From positions 1 through 64,000 of the forward strand of contig FLMG01003035.1 in the NCBI GenBank assembly GCA_900088475.1: DNA of 64,000 nt, written 5' to 3'. This DNA is from Hyphochytrium catenoides. Its lineage: Eukaryota > Protista > Hyphochytriomycota. Made by a program: the position numbers and the translations under genes. Positions within the stretch are counted from its first letter, which is position 1, and each line of letters begins with the position of its first letter. This document shows positions 49,812 to 61,467 of this stretch, in pieces. The notes beneath the pieces were generated by a model that was not told where the DNA came from, made no database searches, and saw only the letters and a list, made by a program, of their open reading frames with translations.

Positions 49812-50272
49812 TGTCTCTCTCTCTCTCTCTCCCTTCCTCTTCTCGTTTCTCTCGCTCACCTGGTGGCTCAGCACGTTCTCTCTCTCTTTCCTGCTCCCCT
49901 TTCACCTTCCGTCCCTCTCTTCTCCATCTTCTCTCGCTCATCGGTTTCCTCTCTCTTCAGAGTCCTGACAACCCTCCATCCCTTCTCAGGCATGTTGCTC
50001 CCTCTCCCCTTGTCCTTCACCTTCCTCCTTGGTATCCCCTCCTCCTCTCCACAGTTTCGGTCTTTGAAACTTACTGCCGCTGCTCCTCTCCGAAGGTATA
50101 ATCGTCGTCCATGATGTCCCCAGAGCTCTCTCAGCCGACAGTCAGAGGGCCTAGAACTCCATACGGCTTCGCCTCTTGAGGGCTGTCACCTCTATCACTA
50201 GGATAAGAAGGGCCCAGCCATTTGCTGGCGTTCTGAGAGTTATAGGACCTTTGGCATGTGACAGGGAGCCGG

Positions 50273-50421
50273 GAGAGAGAGAGAGAGTAAGAGAGAGAGA
50301 GAAAGAGAGAGAGAGAGAAAGAGAGAGAGGGAGAGGGAGAGGGAGAGGGAGAGAGACAGAGAGGGAGAGAGACAGAGAGAGAGAGAGAGACAGAACCTGT
50401 GAGAGAGAGAGACAAAAAAAA

Positions 50422-50468
<47 letters not shown>

Positions 50469-50472
50469 GAGA
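50273..50472 (+). repeat. (GA)n/(GACA)n purine tract
   Basis: Directly visible. It is flanked by (CT)n tracts near 49800-49930 and 50720-50860. Confidence 0.95.
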
Positions 50473-50778
50473 GCAGGCAGTCACAAAGGAAGTGGCAGTC
50501 ACAAGGGAAGTGATAAGGCAGGAGCGGCCACTGGTAGACCCTTTTATACCTGATTTCAGTATCGACTGTGCATCTCAAGGGGATCGCGAAGAAGCTCTCT
50601 CTCTCTCTGCGGTTGCTGTCGTCTCTGCTTTCTCTTTGTATGCCGCTTGAAGCTTGCGCCAAACGCCGCAGCATTTGTTCTTTATTGTCATCAAAATTCT
50701 CATTCTCATTCTCATGCCTTTCTCTCTCTCTCTCTCTCTCTCTCCCTCTCTCTCTCGCTTCCTCTCTCTCGTTTTCTC

Positions 50779-50809
<31 letters not shown>

Positions 50810-51527
50810 ACTCTCTTCTTCCTCCCTCTTTCTCTTTTCTCTCTGTCTCTCTCTTGTCTTCCCGTTTATCTTATCTCCCACCTCAGTCTTTCTTCCTCCA
50901 ATTTCCCTCTCGTGAGTTTTTGTTTTCTCTGTAGCCTCTTTCTGGTCTGCTCTCTGTCTCTACACCCTCTTGTCTCTCTTCTCCACTCTGTCTCCCTCTT
51001 TCTGAACCCCATACTATCTAGTACTCCATATCTCTTTTCCTGTGTCGTTTGAACTCTTCCCTTTCCTATGTGTTTCCCTCCATCTCCACGTTTCCCCCAG
51101 GATCTGGGCCATCTCCTCATCTCATTCTCAATGAAAATAGTTTCTGAAGCTCTGTCTGGCAGATCTGAATCTCAAGAAGATTGGCAATGACTCTTCGTCC
51201 GCAGCTCAGACTCCTGGTGCTTGAAGAGCTTATGGATGTCTAGGAACGAGGCGTCTGTGAAGGCGGATCATCTTCAGGAGAGCCTTCACAGGAAAGCTTG
51301 AGTCAAAAAGTAGGTGATGCACCGTTAGACGCGGTTATTTGAGCGTCTAGTAGGTGGAATGATGACAGCCCTCGAACAATGAATGTTTGCCATCTTCCCT
51401 CTTTACGGGCACTAAGAACTTCGATCGCCTTGCTTGGAAATTTAATACGTGGCTGATAATGGCTTGCTACTGTGAAAGGCAATGGCTCGCCTGTGTGGAA
51501 GGCAATGGCTCTAATTTATGGCGGTTA

Positions 51528-54500
51528 TCAGATGCTGCGATAGTCCACATTAGACCCGGTCTCCTGTTCACCGGCGGCCACAATGGCTTCTGCTTCCTCT
51601 AGCTCTTCCTTGTCCTCATACTTTCGCTTCTGATATTGGTTATATGCGAGCACACCCACGCCGACTAGCGCCAGGCCACCAACGACGGCTCCCAACTAAG
51701 AAGTGGACGAAATATTAGCTGTAGAACTATCCAAGGTGAGTAGATAAGCAGCGTATCATAACCATGGAAAGAAGGGGGACAAATGGGAGAAAGGAGAGCT
51801 CCACGGTATCTTAACAATAAGCTGAAAGAGAAGATAAAAAAGAAAGCGAGAGGCCCTATCACTTACACTGATGAAGGTGATGGCAGTCGTCGACAGACTG
51901 GAAGAAGTATTATCCTCCTTGTTAAAGTTCCCAGGTTTCCCACCAGTAGGGGAAGTAGTAGGAGCGCTACTAGGCTTTCCGTTGTTGCTTGGAGTGGGAG
52001 AGGCTGGAGCGCTGGGCCCCGGTGCTGGTGATGGTTGAGGACTTCGCGTAGGGATCGGAGAAGGTGCAGTGGTGGGTCCCGTTGGCGGGCTAGGAGTGGT
52101 AACTTGGCCGTTGCAGGTGACAGGGGTAGGGGCCCAGCAGCTGTGCACCGTGTTGTCGCTCGGCCAGGTAAATGTGCTCATCTTTGGGATAGATGACGGA
52201 CAAACGGACTGTCCACGGCCCGCCGCAGGCTGAGGGAAGAGGTGTCAGGACCAATTGTGACCAGGCAGATGACACTAGGGGAAGAAATAATAGAACAGAA
52301 CGCCATCCACAAAAGTGAGACACTCAGTCTATAAAAAGTTCACGAGAAAAGACGTGCAGATTAGCGCAGAGATGGGAGGGACGACCGAAAAGGTAACTTA
52401 AAGCACAGTCCAACGTGAAAGAGTAGGGCGCTCCGCAATCTTGTATCTCGTCCCGCCTGACCTTGAAAGAACTGAGAGTGGCACCGTCAAGCTTCGCCTC
52501 TGCCCACTGCGTGGCGAGGTTGTTACCATTGGGCAGCATGTTGAACTCGCAAGGAACAGTGATGTCATCGCAATTCCTTGGAGTGAAGTATCCCAGCTAC
52601 ACCAAGAGAAAGCGAAAGGTAAGCTCTATAGAACTTCGTAGGGCCGTAGTTAAGAGTGTGACAGAAAAAGAGAAAGGGAAAGAAACAGAAAGAGACACAA
52701 CGAAAAAGAAGGCCACAAAGACAGAGAATGAGCCGAAGAGAGCTAGAAAGAGCCCACTAGATAACCACAGATCTACAGTCTGTCAACTTACCCCGTAGTT
52801 ACTGTTGACGCATGTATTGAAAGGATAAGGACAGGAAGGCGGGACATTGGCAACTTCTGTGCTATACTCAAAGGCGATAGCTCCTTGGATCTGTAAAGGA
52901 AGACAGGTAAGAGGAGACAAAGCTATTTAGAGCGAGAGGAGAGAGAGTGTGTTCAACTGGTAGTGATGAGCGAAGGGAAGGAAAGAGAGAGATACCTTTG
53001 GGAATGAAAGAGAGAGTTGAAGGGCAGGGAGGAGAAGAGCAGCGGCAAGAGGAGAGAGTAAGAAAGAGAGGGGAGGAAACCGATGAGAGATAGAGATATT
53101 GGGCGATAAAGGCGGCTCGCAGGCTATAGAGGGTGGCACTTACATAGTCATTCATGTTCTCGATGATCATCCTTCATAGAGTAGTAAGTTCGAGCAAGGA
53201 TCAGAAGATGTTGAGAGACGGATCAAAGAGATGTGCAACACGGCGAATGATAGGACTGCCATTGGCCTACTTACTTTGCGTCATACCACGTCCGTTGAGC
53301 AAACCAGCCGTCTATGGTCGGAAATCCAGGGTTAAGACATCTGCCATTAAGACGTACCCAGTCAGAAGAGAGCAAAGATTCGCACGGAACAGTAAAGAGA
53401 AGAATGCGGCCAGACGAATGAAAGACGGGAGGAAGAGCATCAAACCTTACCCGAACTCTGTGAATATATTGGGGATTATCATGCCCAAGTTTTGGTACAC
53501 CTTCAGCAGTGGCACCAAAGGATTGTTTGAATCTGACCACTGCGTGATGGCCGGGTTGCAGAAGACATAGGGATTCAGCCCAATCCTAGGACACGGTGTC
53601 GAGAAAGCAGAGAGAGGTTTAGAATAGACCACAGTCACACTGCTTCCTCTTCATATCAATGCCACCTACCACTCAGCGGCATCTGTGCCGGATGGTGTCT
53701 CTGCACACTGATAGTACTGCAGGGTCACCTCTCGTTGAGGCGGGTCCGCAAGAGAGAGGCCAACAGGAATCTGTCGCATGCCGTGCGCACCACAGCCAGC
53801 GATAAAGTCTCGCATCTCCTGAATGAGCTTCTTTTGGCAAGGGGCGTTGCCTAGCGTGGGTCCCGCGGGCGGCGCATGGTTGATTTCATTCCCTACACAG
53901 AGACCATATCAGCATTTACAAGTCGCTTCTTCGTCTTAGAGCAACGTCCCATCTCATCTATCTATCTACATCAGCTATGATGCTCTCTGTTCCTCTATAA
54001 GATCAGTTGGGGTCTCCGCTGTCTCTCCCCTTACTCGGTCTCTTTCCCCCATGAGGAGTAACACTTCTATGCTGCTGCGTCTGTCTGTTCTCTCACACTC
54101 TTTCTCTCCCCCCACTCTGCTCACCGGCCTCGAACGCAAGCAAGTTGGGATACTTGGAGAAGGCGTTGATGATAGCAAATGCTCTCGCCTTCATGTCAGT
54201 GGAATAACACGCGGGAGCAGGATCGCCTGTGATTGCACAGTTGTGGCATGCTGCGGCAACATCAATGATAGCATAGATCCCGGCCTCGCTAAGGGCGCAC
54301 ATGAAGGCGTCATGGTTCTGGCTGGGATCCACGGCATAGAGTCGAACCTTACAAACGAGTGTAATAATAAGAGGGAGGCCAGCAAGGAGAGAGAACCCAA
54401 AGAGAAAAGAGGGAGAGAAAGAGGCACAGAAGACGAGAGTGAGAGAGGGAGCCAGGTTAGGTAAGGGGCTGATGAAGAGACTTGGAACTGGCAAGGAGGT

Positions 54501-54873
54501 TACCAGGTTAGCGCCTAACTGCTTGAGGTACGGGATATCTCTCTTCCAGATGTGCGCGTACTTCTCCGTGAAATAGTCAAGACTGTTCTCGTTCAGCATT
54601 CCAGCGTTTGATCTAGGATAGTAAGCGACACCTGCAGAAAGCGACAGTAATCAGCGTCAGGTACGTGGTCACAACGCTTCGAGAGGTGGCATAGGCAGAG
54701 CTATAAAGACCTTTCCATTGCACTTCCTTGCCCGTCACCGAGTCGAAAGTGCGATAATATGAGAATTTGATAGGGTTGAGCCACTGCGCCGATGCTCCCA
54801 AAATACGGTTGGCAGCGTGCCAGGACATCGCCGTCCATATTGCGAGTGTAGAGACAAAAGAGAGAGCTCGCAT
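51528..54873 (-). CDS. Glycoside hydrolase family 72 (Gas/Gel beta-1,3-glucanosyltransferase), signal peptide + Pro/Thr/Ser stalk + C-terminal TM helix, multi-exon
   Basis: Motifs 'KG|VAYYPRSNAG...WKRDIPYLKQLGANL|VRLYAVDPSQNHDAFMCAL...GIY', acid/base 'LAFEAG|NE', 'IGLNPY' and nucleophile 'IFTEFG|C'. PTS-rich linker. TM segment 'AITFIS|LGAVVGGLALVGVGVLAY' and a tail ending DYRSI*. Confidence 0.9.
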
Positions 54874-57800
54874 GCTTTTGGAGGCGAAGGGTTTGGCTTT
54901 TCTTGCTTGTGTCAGAATCAAACTAAGAAGAACTTGGGTAGAGCCTCGAAAACTCTGGCCAAACTCCCTGCTTGGTCAGGGAGGATGGGGCTGCAGCAAG
55001 CTTGGAAGCAAGCCTAGCGGTGACAAGTTGTCTTCGTCCTGGTCACTATCTCTCTGCCCTAAAAGTGTTTCTGGGAACCACCACCGGTGTGCAAACCAGG
55101 CGGCCCAGCTATCCACTGTTTCAAGAGTGAATGATTCTGTCACAGTAGCCGTTAAGCCTTGACCTCCTTTAGATGGTCCTGAGCGTGCCTGACATTTCTG
55201 CAGCACCTGCTCCGCCTCGTTCTTTCTTCGTTACCTGGCTCCTCCTCGCTCTGCGGCAGCAGCGCGCGGCGGCGTCGGCCGCTGGTGCACGAAAGGGCGT
55301 GACTGACAAAGCAAGAGAAGAATCTCCAACAACTAATGAAGCTTTCACGCTTGTAAGAAAAATCTCAAGGCACTTAGTATAAGGTACTTTTGAAAGGTTC
55401 AGTTATGATTTATTCATGTTTGTTTCTTTCATTGAGAGGAAGTTTGCCAACTACAACGCTTCAAAGGAACCAACTGAGTGTACAGCTAACAACGACTACT
55501 ACAGGCCTACCAGGCTCAATAATCCTTTCTCCAGATTCCTTCTCTTACTTCTTACTCCAGTACATTGATTTTATTTTTGCTAGTTCCTCCTCCTCACCTA
55601 TGAAAGGACGAAGAATATTAGGAACATCTAGTAAGAAAAAGGTGATTATGCTGCAGAAGGAGTGCCTGCTTCTTACATAAGCTTTCCCCTCCTCCATCGT
55701 CATCTCCGCGCAACAATAAAATAGAGGCTTTGTAATAGTAGCCTTTTATATTCTAATAATGTTACTCATCATCAGAGGAAAGGAGAAAGAAGAAGGCAGA
55801 GCGTTTTATAATGGAAGAATAACAGCGATGATGATGAATGCCCGCTTCTTCTACTTCTCCTCCTCCATAGACAGAGGACCCTACCATTGTACCATTGTCG
55901 TTCTTCTGGTGCAGCAACCTTTATTTCTTAATGTCTCGTCGATGATAAACACTCTTACAAAGTTGTTTGATTGACGGAGCTAATGATCGGGATATCTCTT
56001 CCATATCACAACATTGTTCTTGCCTTCTTTCGGGGCCAGGTAGCGGTTGGTGGTCAATCTATCATTGGTAGCATAAAAGACTACTGAGGAAGGCAGAAAG
56101 CTAAGCTAACGACAACAATGGCTTACTTGACAATTGGAAGAGTCATCAGGTAGCGCTAAATTTTTCTCTATTTCGAAATGGTCTCTCCGAATCCTGCATC
56201 CTCTGAGTTTACATCGTCACTAGCTGGTTTCCGTCACCAGTCATCACAATGAACTCCAATGTGAAGGTTCTTGATCCCCTAATTCTTGACTACAGTGCAG
56301 AAGTAGAAGAAAGACACTGGATCATATAAGATTTACGTAGGACGGCTAGGCTCCGTTCTTGAAGCTACACCACTGAAAAGAACCATTATTGGTCCCATAT
56401 AATAATAATGGGGGACGGCGGACAGCTCAAAAAGATAGCCTTCTCTCTTCTTCGTGAATGGTACGATTCCTTTCATTGTCACAAAAGCCACTGCGAAGTT
56501 CACAAACAGTCAACTGCTACGAGTACTAACTACTAACCTTTCTAATTATACAGACGGCAGCTCTTCAGCAAGGAGCTAATATTGGATGGGTTTCAGGAGG
56601 CTAATTCTACAGGTGCGAAATGTTGGTAGAGGATCAGTGCGGGGTGGTGGCGGCAGTGGATACAAGAAGTGTGAGAAAATACAGAACAACCCTTAAGTCC
56701 TCCCCTTACTTCTACCTCCTCTACAACTTACAAAGTTCTGCTCCTCCTGGTCTGTTTATAGATTCTGAGGCGACAGCTATTATCTATTCGTTGCTACTAG
56801 TCTCTTCTGATACCACACCTCCCCATCCTCATTGCTCCACCTTTCCACGTTCGTCGAAAACTGACTTACGCTAGGTGTCACTGGTTTCGAGCATATAAGT
56901 AGCAATCTTCTCTATCATCATCACATTCTTCTTCATCAAACGAAAAGGATGTAGTTGAAGAAGATGCCTTTCCTCCAACAAGCAGCCAGCTGTTCATCAA
57001 TCAGTCTCTTGCTCTGCTATCACAGTGTTAAATCTTTGCTGCATTGTGTTCTACGAGCAAGAGCTTGTAGATGGTTCCTTCTTCCTTTTACAGAGAAGAA
57101 GGAAAAGTACTAAATTACTACAATGTAATGCATTGAGTCTCCCTTCCCTGTGGTGAGCTCTTTATTGAAGCTTTCCGTCCTTTTAAAATCAGGCCAAATG
57201 ACCGGCAGATTATTGGTCAATGGATCTCAATAATACATCCTCCAGTTGCAGTGGAACCCTAGCGTACACCGTAGTATCAATCCTCCCGCTATAGTAGTTA
57301 GGGTGTGTTTGTTAATTCTTGCTGGGTGTATGCAGCAGTGGTGGATGGGCTGGGGTGGGTATGCAGGTGTGAAGTTCCACCGTCCCACCCTCAGTGGCTT
57401 GTCCCCCCAGGCATTAGTAATGATTCAATCATATTCTTAGTGGTAGCCTTAGACTGGCCGTTAAGAATAGTACGCACCAGCAGGTTTACTAAAAGCCTTC
57501 CTACCATAGGATGGGTAGGCGCTTCTGTCGTTCCAAGTTGTATCGTTGCGTAACATAAGGGATTAAACACTCCGAATGGGTAGTGTATTGATTCTCCCTG
57601 TTTGCAGTAAAAAGCCTCAGGACTAAGAGAAGGCCAATGGGCTTTTAATACTAATCAGTAATGGTAAAATGGCAGAATCTACATAAAAGTAAAATTTCTT
57701 TCAAAAATCAAAGTGTCTCTGGGGAGCTTTTAGCTTTGGATAAGAAGAGGCCAGTCATAGCTTAACTGTGTTTTATTCTCTTTTGTACAATTGTTTGAGT

Positions 57801-58365
57801 AGCGGTAGAATCCCTCCTTTTGAAGTTTGAGCTTCCACACTTTCCCCCCTGCCCACCCTCCTCTTCCTCCCTTATTCTAGATCGCACATCAACTGAGAGT
57901 CGCTGGATATTCTATTGTAGTCAAATGGATCCACCAGACAGAGTACGGCATAGAGGGCAGCTTTCGAATACCTAAGAGGACTAGAAATGGCAGACAGAGT
58001 GTAGAGAGAGACGGCTGGAGGTTTGGTGCTGTGAAGACAGAGGGGCCATTGAGGTAGGATATCTAGCCTTGGTAAGACTGACATCCATGCGAGACAGAGC
58101 GAGCGTCAATAGACAATATTCTGAAGGGACAGTTCTGTGATCATCTCAGACATTTGATCTCAGGAGTGAGAGAAGAACAGGAGAAACAGAGAGAGAGACA
58201 CGCATCAGGCGGTATAAAGGTATAAAGAAGTGGGAGACAGAGCCATGCAAGAGAGAGAGAGTCAGAGCCGAAGGATGGCCAAAGGTCATTCGAGGGAGCT
58301 TTGTTATTGCTTAGCGCCCTAGCGTCACCTCGCCCCTAATGTCCCTCCTCAACTCTCTCCTGTTC

Positions 58366-58459
58366 NNNNNNNNNNNNNNNNNNNNNNNNNNNNNNNNNNN
58401 NNNNNNNNNNNNNNNNNNNNNNNNNNNNNNNNNNNNNNNNNNNNNNNNNNNNNNNNNNN
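58366..58459. other. Assembly gap
   Basis: N run. Confidence 0.99.
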
Positions 58460-58604
58460 ATCTTCTACAGATATCCTGTAAGTGGCTCTGCCTTGGGATG
58501 GCACAAGGCTCCCTCTCTCTCTCTCTCTCACAGCTCCGAGTCCTTGCCCTTTCCCTTCCTCCTCACCTCACTTTCTGGTCACCTCCGTGTCTCTCTCTTC
58601 TCTC

Positions 58605-58645
<41 letters not shown>

Positions 58646-59105
58646 CCCTATGCGCCCAGAACGTGGATGCTCTTGTCGCCTCCCAGCTACTCGCTCCTCT
58701 CCACTCTCATCCCTGTTGGAAGCATCCATCACAGGAGAGGCAGCACTGAAGCTGAAGCGGCGGTCCGGTTAAAGGGTCGCGACTGTGGAACGAGCAGCTC
58801 CTCCCCGCAGCGTCCCTGACGGCATTCACAAACTTACTCTCCTTCTCCATCGCCACCATCATCTCCATTAGCAAGTGAGCTGAGAGACTCCAGTCAAAGA
58901 AGGATAGAGAGAGAGAGTATGCTCTTGATTGGGCGCGGACCTTCTTCATCATCTTCCGCAGGCGCATAGAAAGAGCAAGGGTGGGAGAAAGAGACAGCAC
59001 TTCTCTCTGAGGAGAGAGATCGCCTCATTTGTTCTCTGTCTCCTTCCATCTGCGTAGTAAGAGCGAGGTGCAAAAGTAGCGACCCGAAGAAGACAGAACT
59101 AAACC

Positions 59106-60950
59106 ATGGCCGCCCATCATCTGTGGCGAAGACTGACGCTCAAGAAGCCCGAGGAGGTCATTGCGGCTGAAGAATGCGGTGGAAAGCTGAGCAAATCTCT
59201 AAGTCTGTTTGATCTGCTCATGATCGGCGTTGGAGGCACCATTGGCGCTGGTATCTTCGATGCGTCTACCAAGATTATCGCGCTCAATGCCGGCCCTGCC
59301 GCGATCTTATCTTGGGTTATTGCTGGCATAGCAAGCTTTCTTGCAGGAATCTCATTTATGGAGATGTCCACTCGAGTGCCCAGCTCTGGATCAACGTACG
59401 CTTACTCCTATCACGCTCTTGGAGAGTTCATGGCCAGTCTTTCTGGCTGGCTGCTGACGCTTGAGTTCGGCCTTTCAGCGGCAAGCGTAGCTCGTAGCTG
59501 GGGCAGTAAGATGGTAGCATGGATTGAGGAGCTTTCAGGCTCTCCGCCGCCCACCTGGCTAGACCATGAGAACGCTAACCTTCTTGGAGCGGTCATTATG
59601 ATTGTCTGTGTGGGCATGGTGGCTGCCGGGCTCAATGTCTCTCGGCACTTTGTCAATGTGATGTCCATGATCAAGATTGGCATTGTTCTCTTCATCATCC
59701 TGGTCGGCTTCTCAGCGACTGAGACCAAGAACTATAGGCCATTCGTGCCTTCAGAAGATGAAACATCCAGATTTGGTCTGTCAGGCGTCATGGCAGGCGC
59801 TGTGCGAGCTTTCTTTGGCTTCATTGGCTTTGATGAGGTCTGCTGTCTCTCCGGGGAGACCAGAGACCCTGTCAAGACAATGCCTCGGGCAGTTGTAGGG
59901 GTACTGGCCATCACTGGCCTCCTGTCTACCTTGGCCACTGTGGCTCTGGTAGGAATGCGCAGCTATGTTGACATAGATGCAGAAGGAGGCTTTGCCAAGG
60001 CGTTTGTCGAGTCTGGGTTGCAGTGGGCCGGGTCCTTCACGCGCGCAGGAGAGGCTATTACGATGCCCCTTGTCGTCCTTGTAGCTTTCCTCGCACAGCC
60101 TCGTCTAATGTTTGCTATGGCAGAAGACGGGATGCTGCCTTCAGTCTTCGGCCGCGTCTCCGACAAGGGCGTTTTGTTGCACGGAACGCTCATTAGCGGC
60201 GGGATAATGGTGGTTCTAGCCTTTGCAGTGGGCTTTGCGGTGCTGGATGAGATTATTATTATGGGCATTCTCCTGTCCTTCAACATCACTAGCACCTCCG
60301 TGGTCATTGTGCGCTATAGAGATGACAGCCCCAAGCTCTCTGCCTACCTCTGGGGCGGATTCTTCGTTCTTTCGCTTGTCGCTGGATACTGCTGGCAGTA
60401 TCTTGTGACTGAGGGCAGTGGAGGTGTGGTGGGGTACACTATCGCCGGTACCGTCTCTTTCCTTTCGCTTGGCTTCGTCGTGGCCCTGATGGTCGTTTGC
60501 AGACAGACGAGAGATGACAACGTGCATGTCTACCGGGCCCCGTTGGTGCCGATAGTGCAGGCCATCGCTGTCTCCATTAACTGGTATCTCTTCGCGCAAA
60601 CCCCTCCTAAGAATCTATGGGCCTTCTTCCTTTATCTAGCTCTCGCTGTCCTTAGCTACATGTTCTATGGCTATTTCAATAGTGTGGGCTATCTGACTGG
60701 CTGGAAGGAAATCTTAGAGCTTGGTGGGGATATGAGAAACACTGAGGGAGGTCGCTCCTCTGTCTTATCTTCAAGATTGAGCACAGAATCCGAGCTCTAC
60801 AGCGGACAGAGGGGTCGCTCCACTATGGGAAAGTCCTTTGGAGAGACGTTCAGTGCGACGCCAGGGACAGTCTTCTTGGTATCCAACAGTCCCGCGCCGA
60901 TGACAGAGAAGAAGGGACAAGGCAGTAACTCTTCACTGAAGGTACTCTGA
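59106..60950 (+). CDS. Cationic amino acid transporter (APC superfamily, CAT/SLC7-like), intronless coding sequence
   Basis: 614-aa ORF with TM1 'DLLMIGVGGTIGAGIF', 'AGPAAILSW', 'EMSTRVPSSGSTYAYSYHALGE', TM6 'FFGFIGFDEV', 'QPRLMFAMAEDGMLP' and C-terminal 'YRAPLVP...YMFYGY'. Confidence 0.95.
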   Translation: MAAHHLWRRLTLKKPEEVIAAEECGGKLSKSLSLFDLLMIGVGGTIGAGIFDASTKIIALNAGPAAILSWVIAGIASFLAGISFMEMSTRVPSSGSTYAYSYHALGEFMASLSGWLLTLEFGLSAASVARSWGSKMVAWIEELSGSPPPTWLDHENANLLGAVIMIVCVGMVAAGLNVSRHFVNVMSMIKIGIVLFIILVGFSATETKNYRPFVPSEDETSRFGLSGVMAGAVRAFFGFIGFDEVCCLSGETRDPVKTMPRAVVGVLAITGLLSTLATVALVGMRSYVDIDAEGGFAKAFVESGLQWAGSFTRAGEAITMPLVVLVAFLAQPRLMFAMAEDGMLPSVFGRVSDKGVLLHGTLISGGIMVVLAFAVGFAVLDEIIIMGILLSFNITSTSVVIVRYRDDSPKLSAYLWGGFFVLSLVAGYCWQYLVTEGSGGVVGYTIAGTVSFLSLGFVVALMVVCRQTRDDNVHVYRAPLVPIVQAIAVSINWYLFAQTPPKNLWAFFLYLALAVLSYMFYGYFNSVGYLTGWKEILELGGDMRNTEGGRSSVLSSRLSTESELYSGQRGRSTMGKSFGETFSATPGTVFLVSNSPAPMTEKKGQGSNSSLKVL

Positions 60951-61467
60951 AAGAGGCTGTGATTGTGGATGGGACAGGAGGGCAAAGGTGCCAGCCTGTT
61001 CTTTGCCAACTTCATCTTCAATTATTTTTTGGGTGCTGCTTCCATGTCAGGCACAGGCTTAATATACTCTCTTCTATTAGTAAATCAATAAATATCTTCT
61101 CTATGTTTCTTCCTTTGACTCTTGCTCGGACTCGTGCTCTCATACTTCCGTTTCTGGCCCGACCTACTCGATCAGCGTCTCCCTCCCCTGTTCTCGTCGT
61201 CGGTGTCTTGAGCTCCCGCACTCTGTCTCAGTCCTAGCCTTCGCCCTATTATATTACAGCCGCTATGCGGCACTCTCATAGTTGTCATGAAGCAGAAATG
61301 TCCACATGGTGCTTCTCTGTCTCTGCCTTTGTCACAGCTTTCCAATGTAAGAAGCCTGTCCGTAGTTGCGCTACCTCCAGTCTTCGTAGTACTCGAATGA
61401 TGGTCCATGTGGCCTCAAAGGGGTTGGTGTATGATGCGACAGGCGCCAGCGAAAAGATTCCTCCGCC

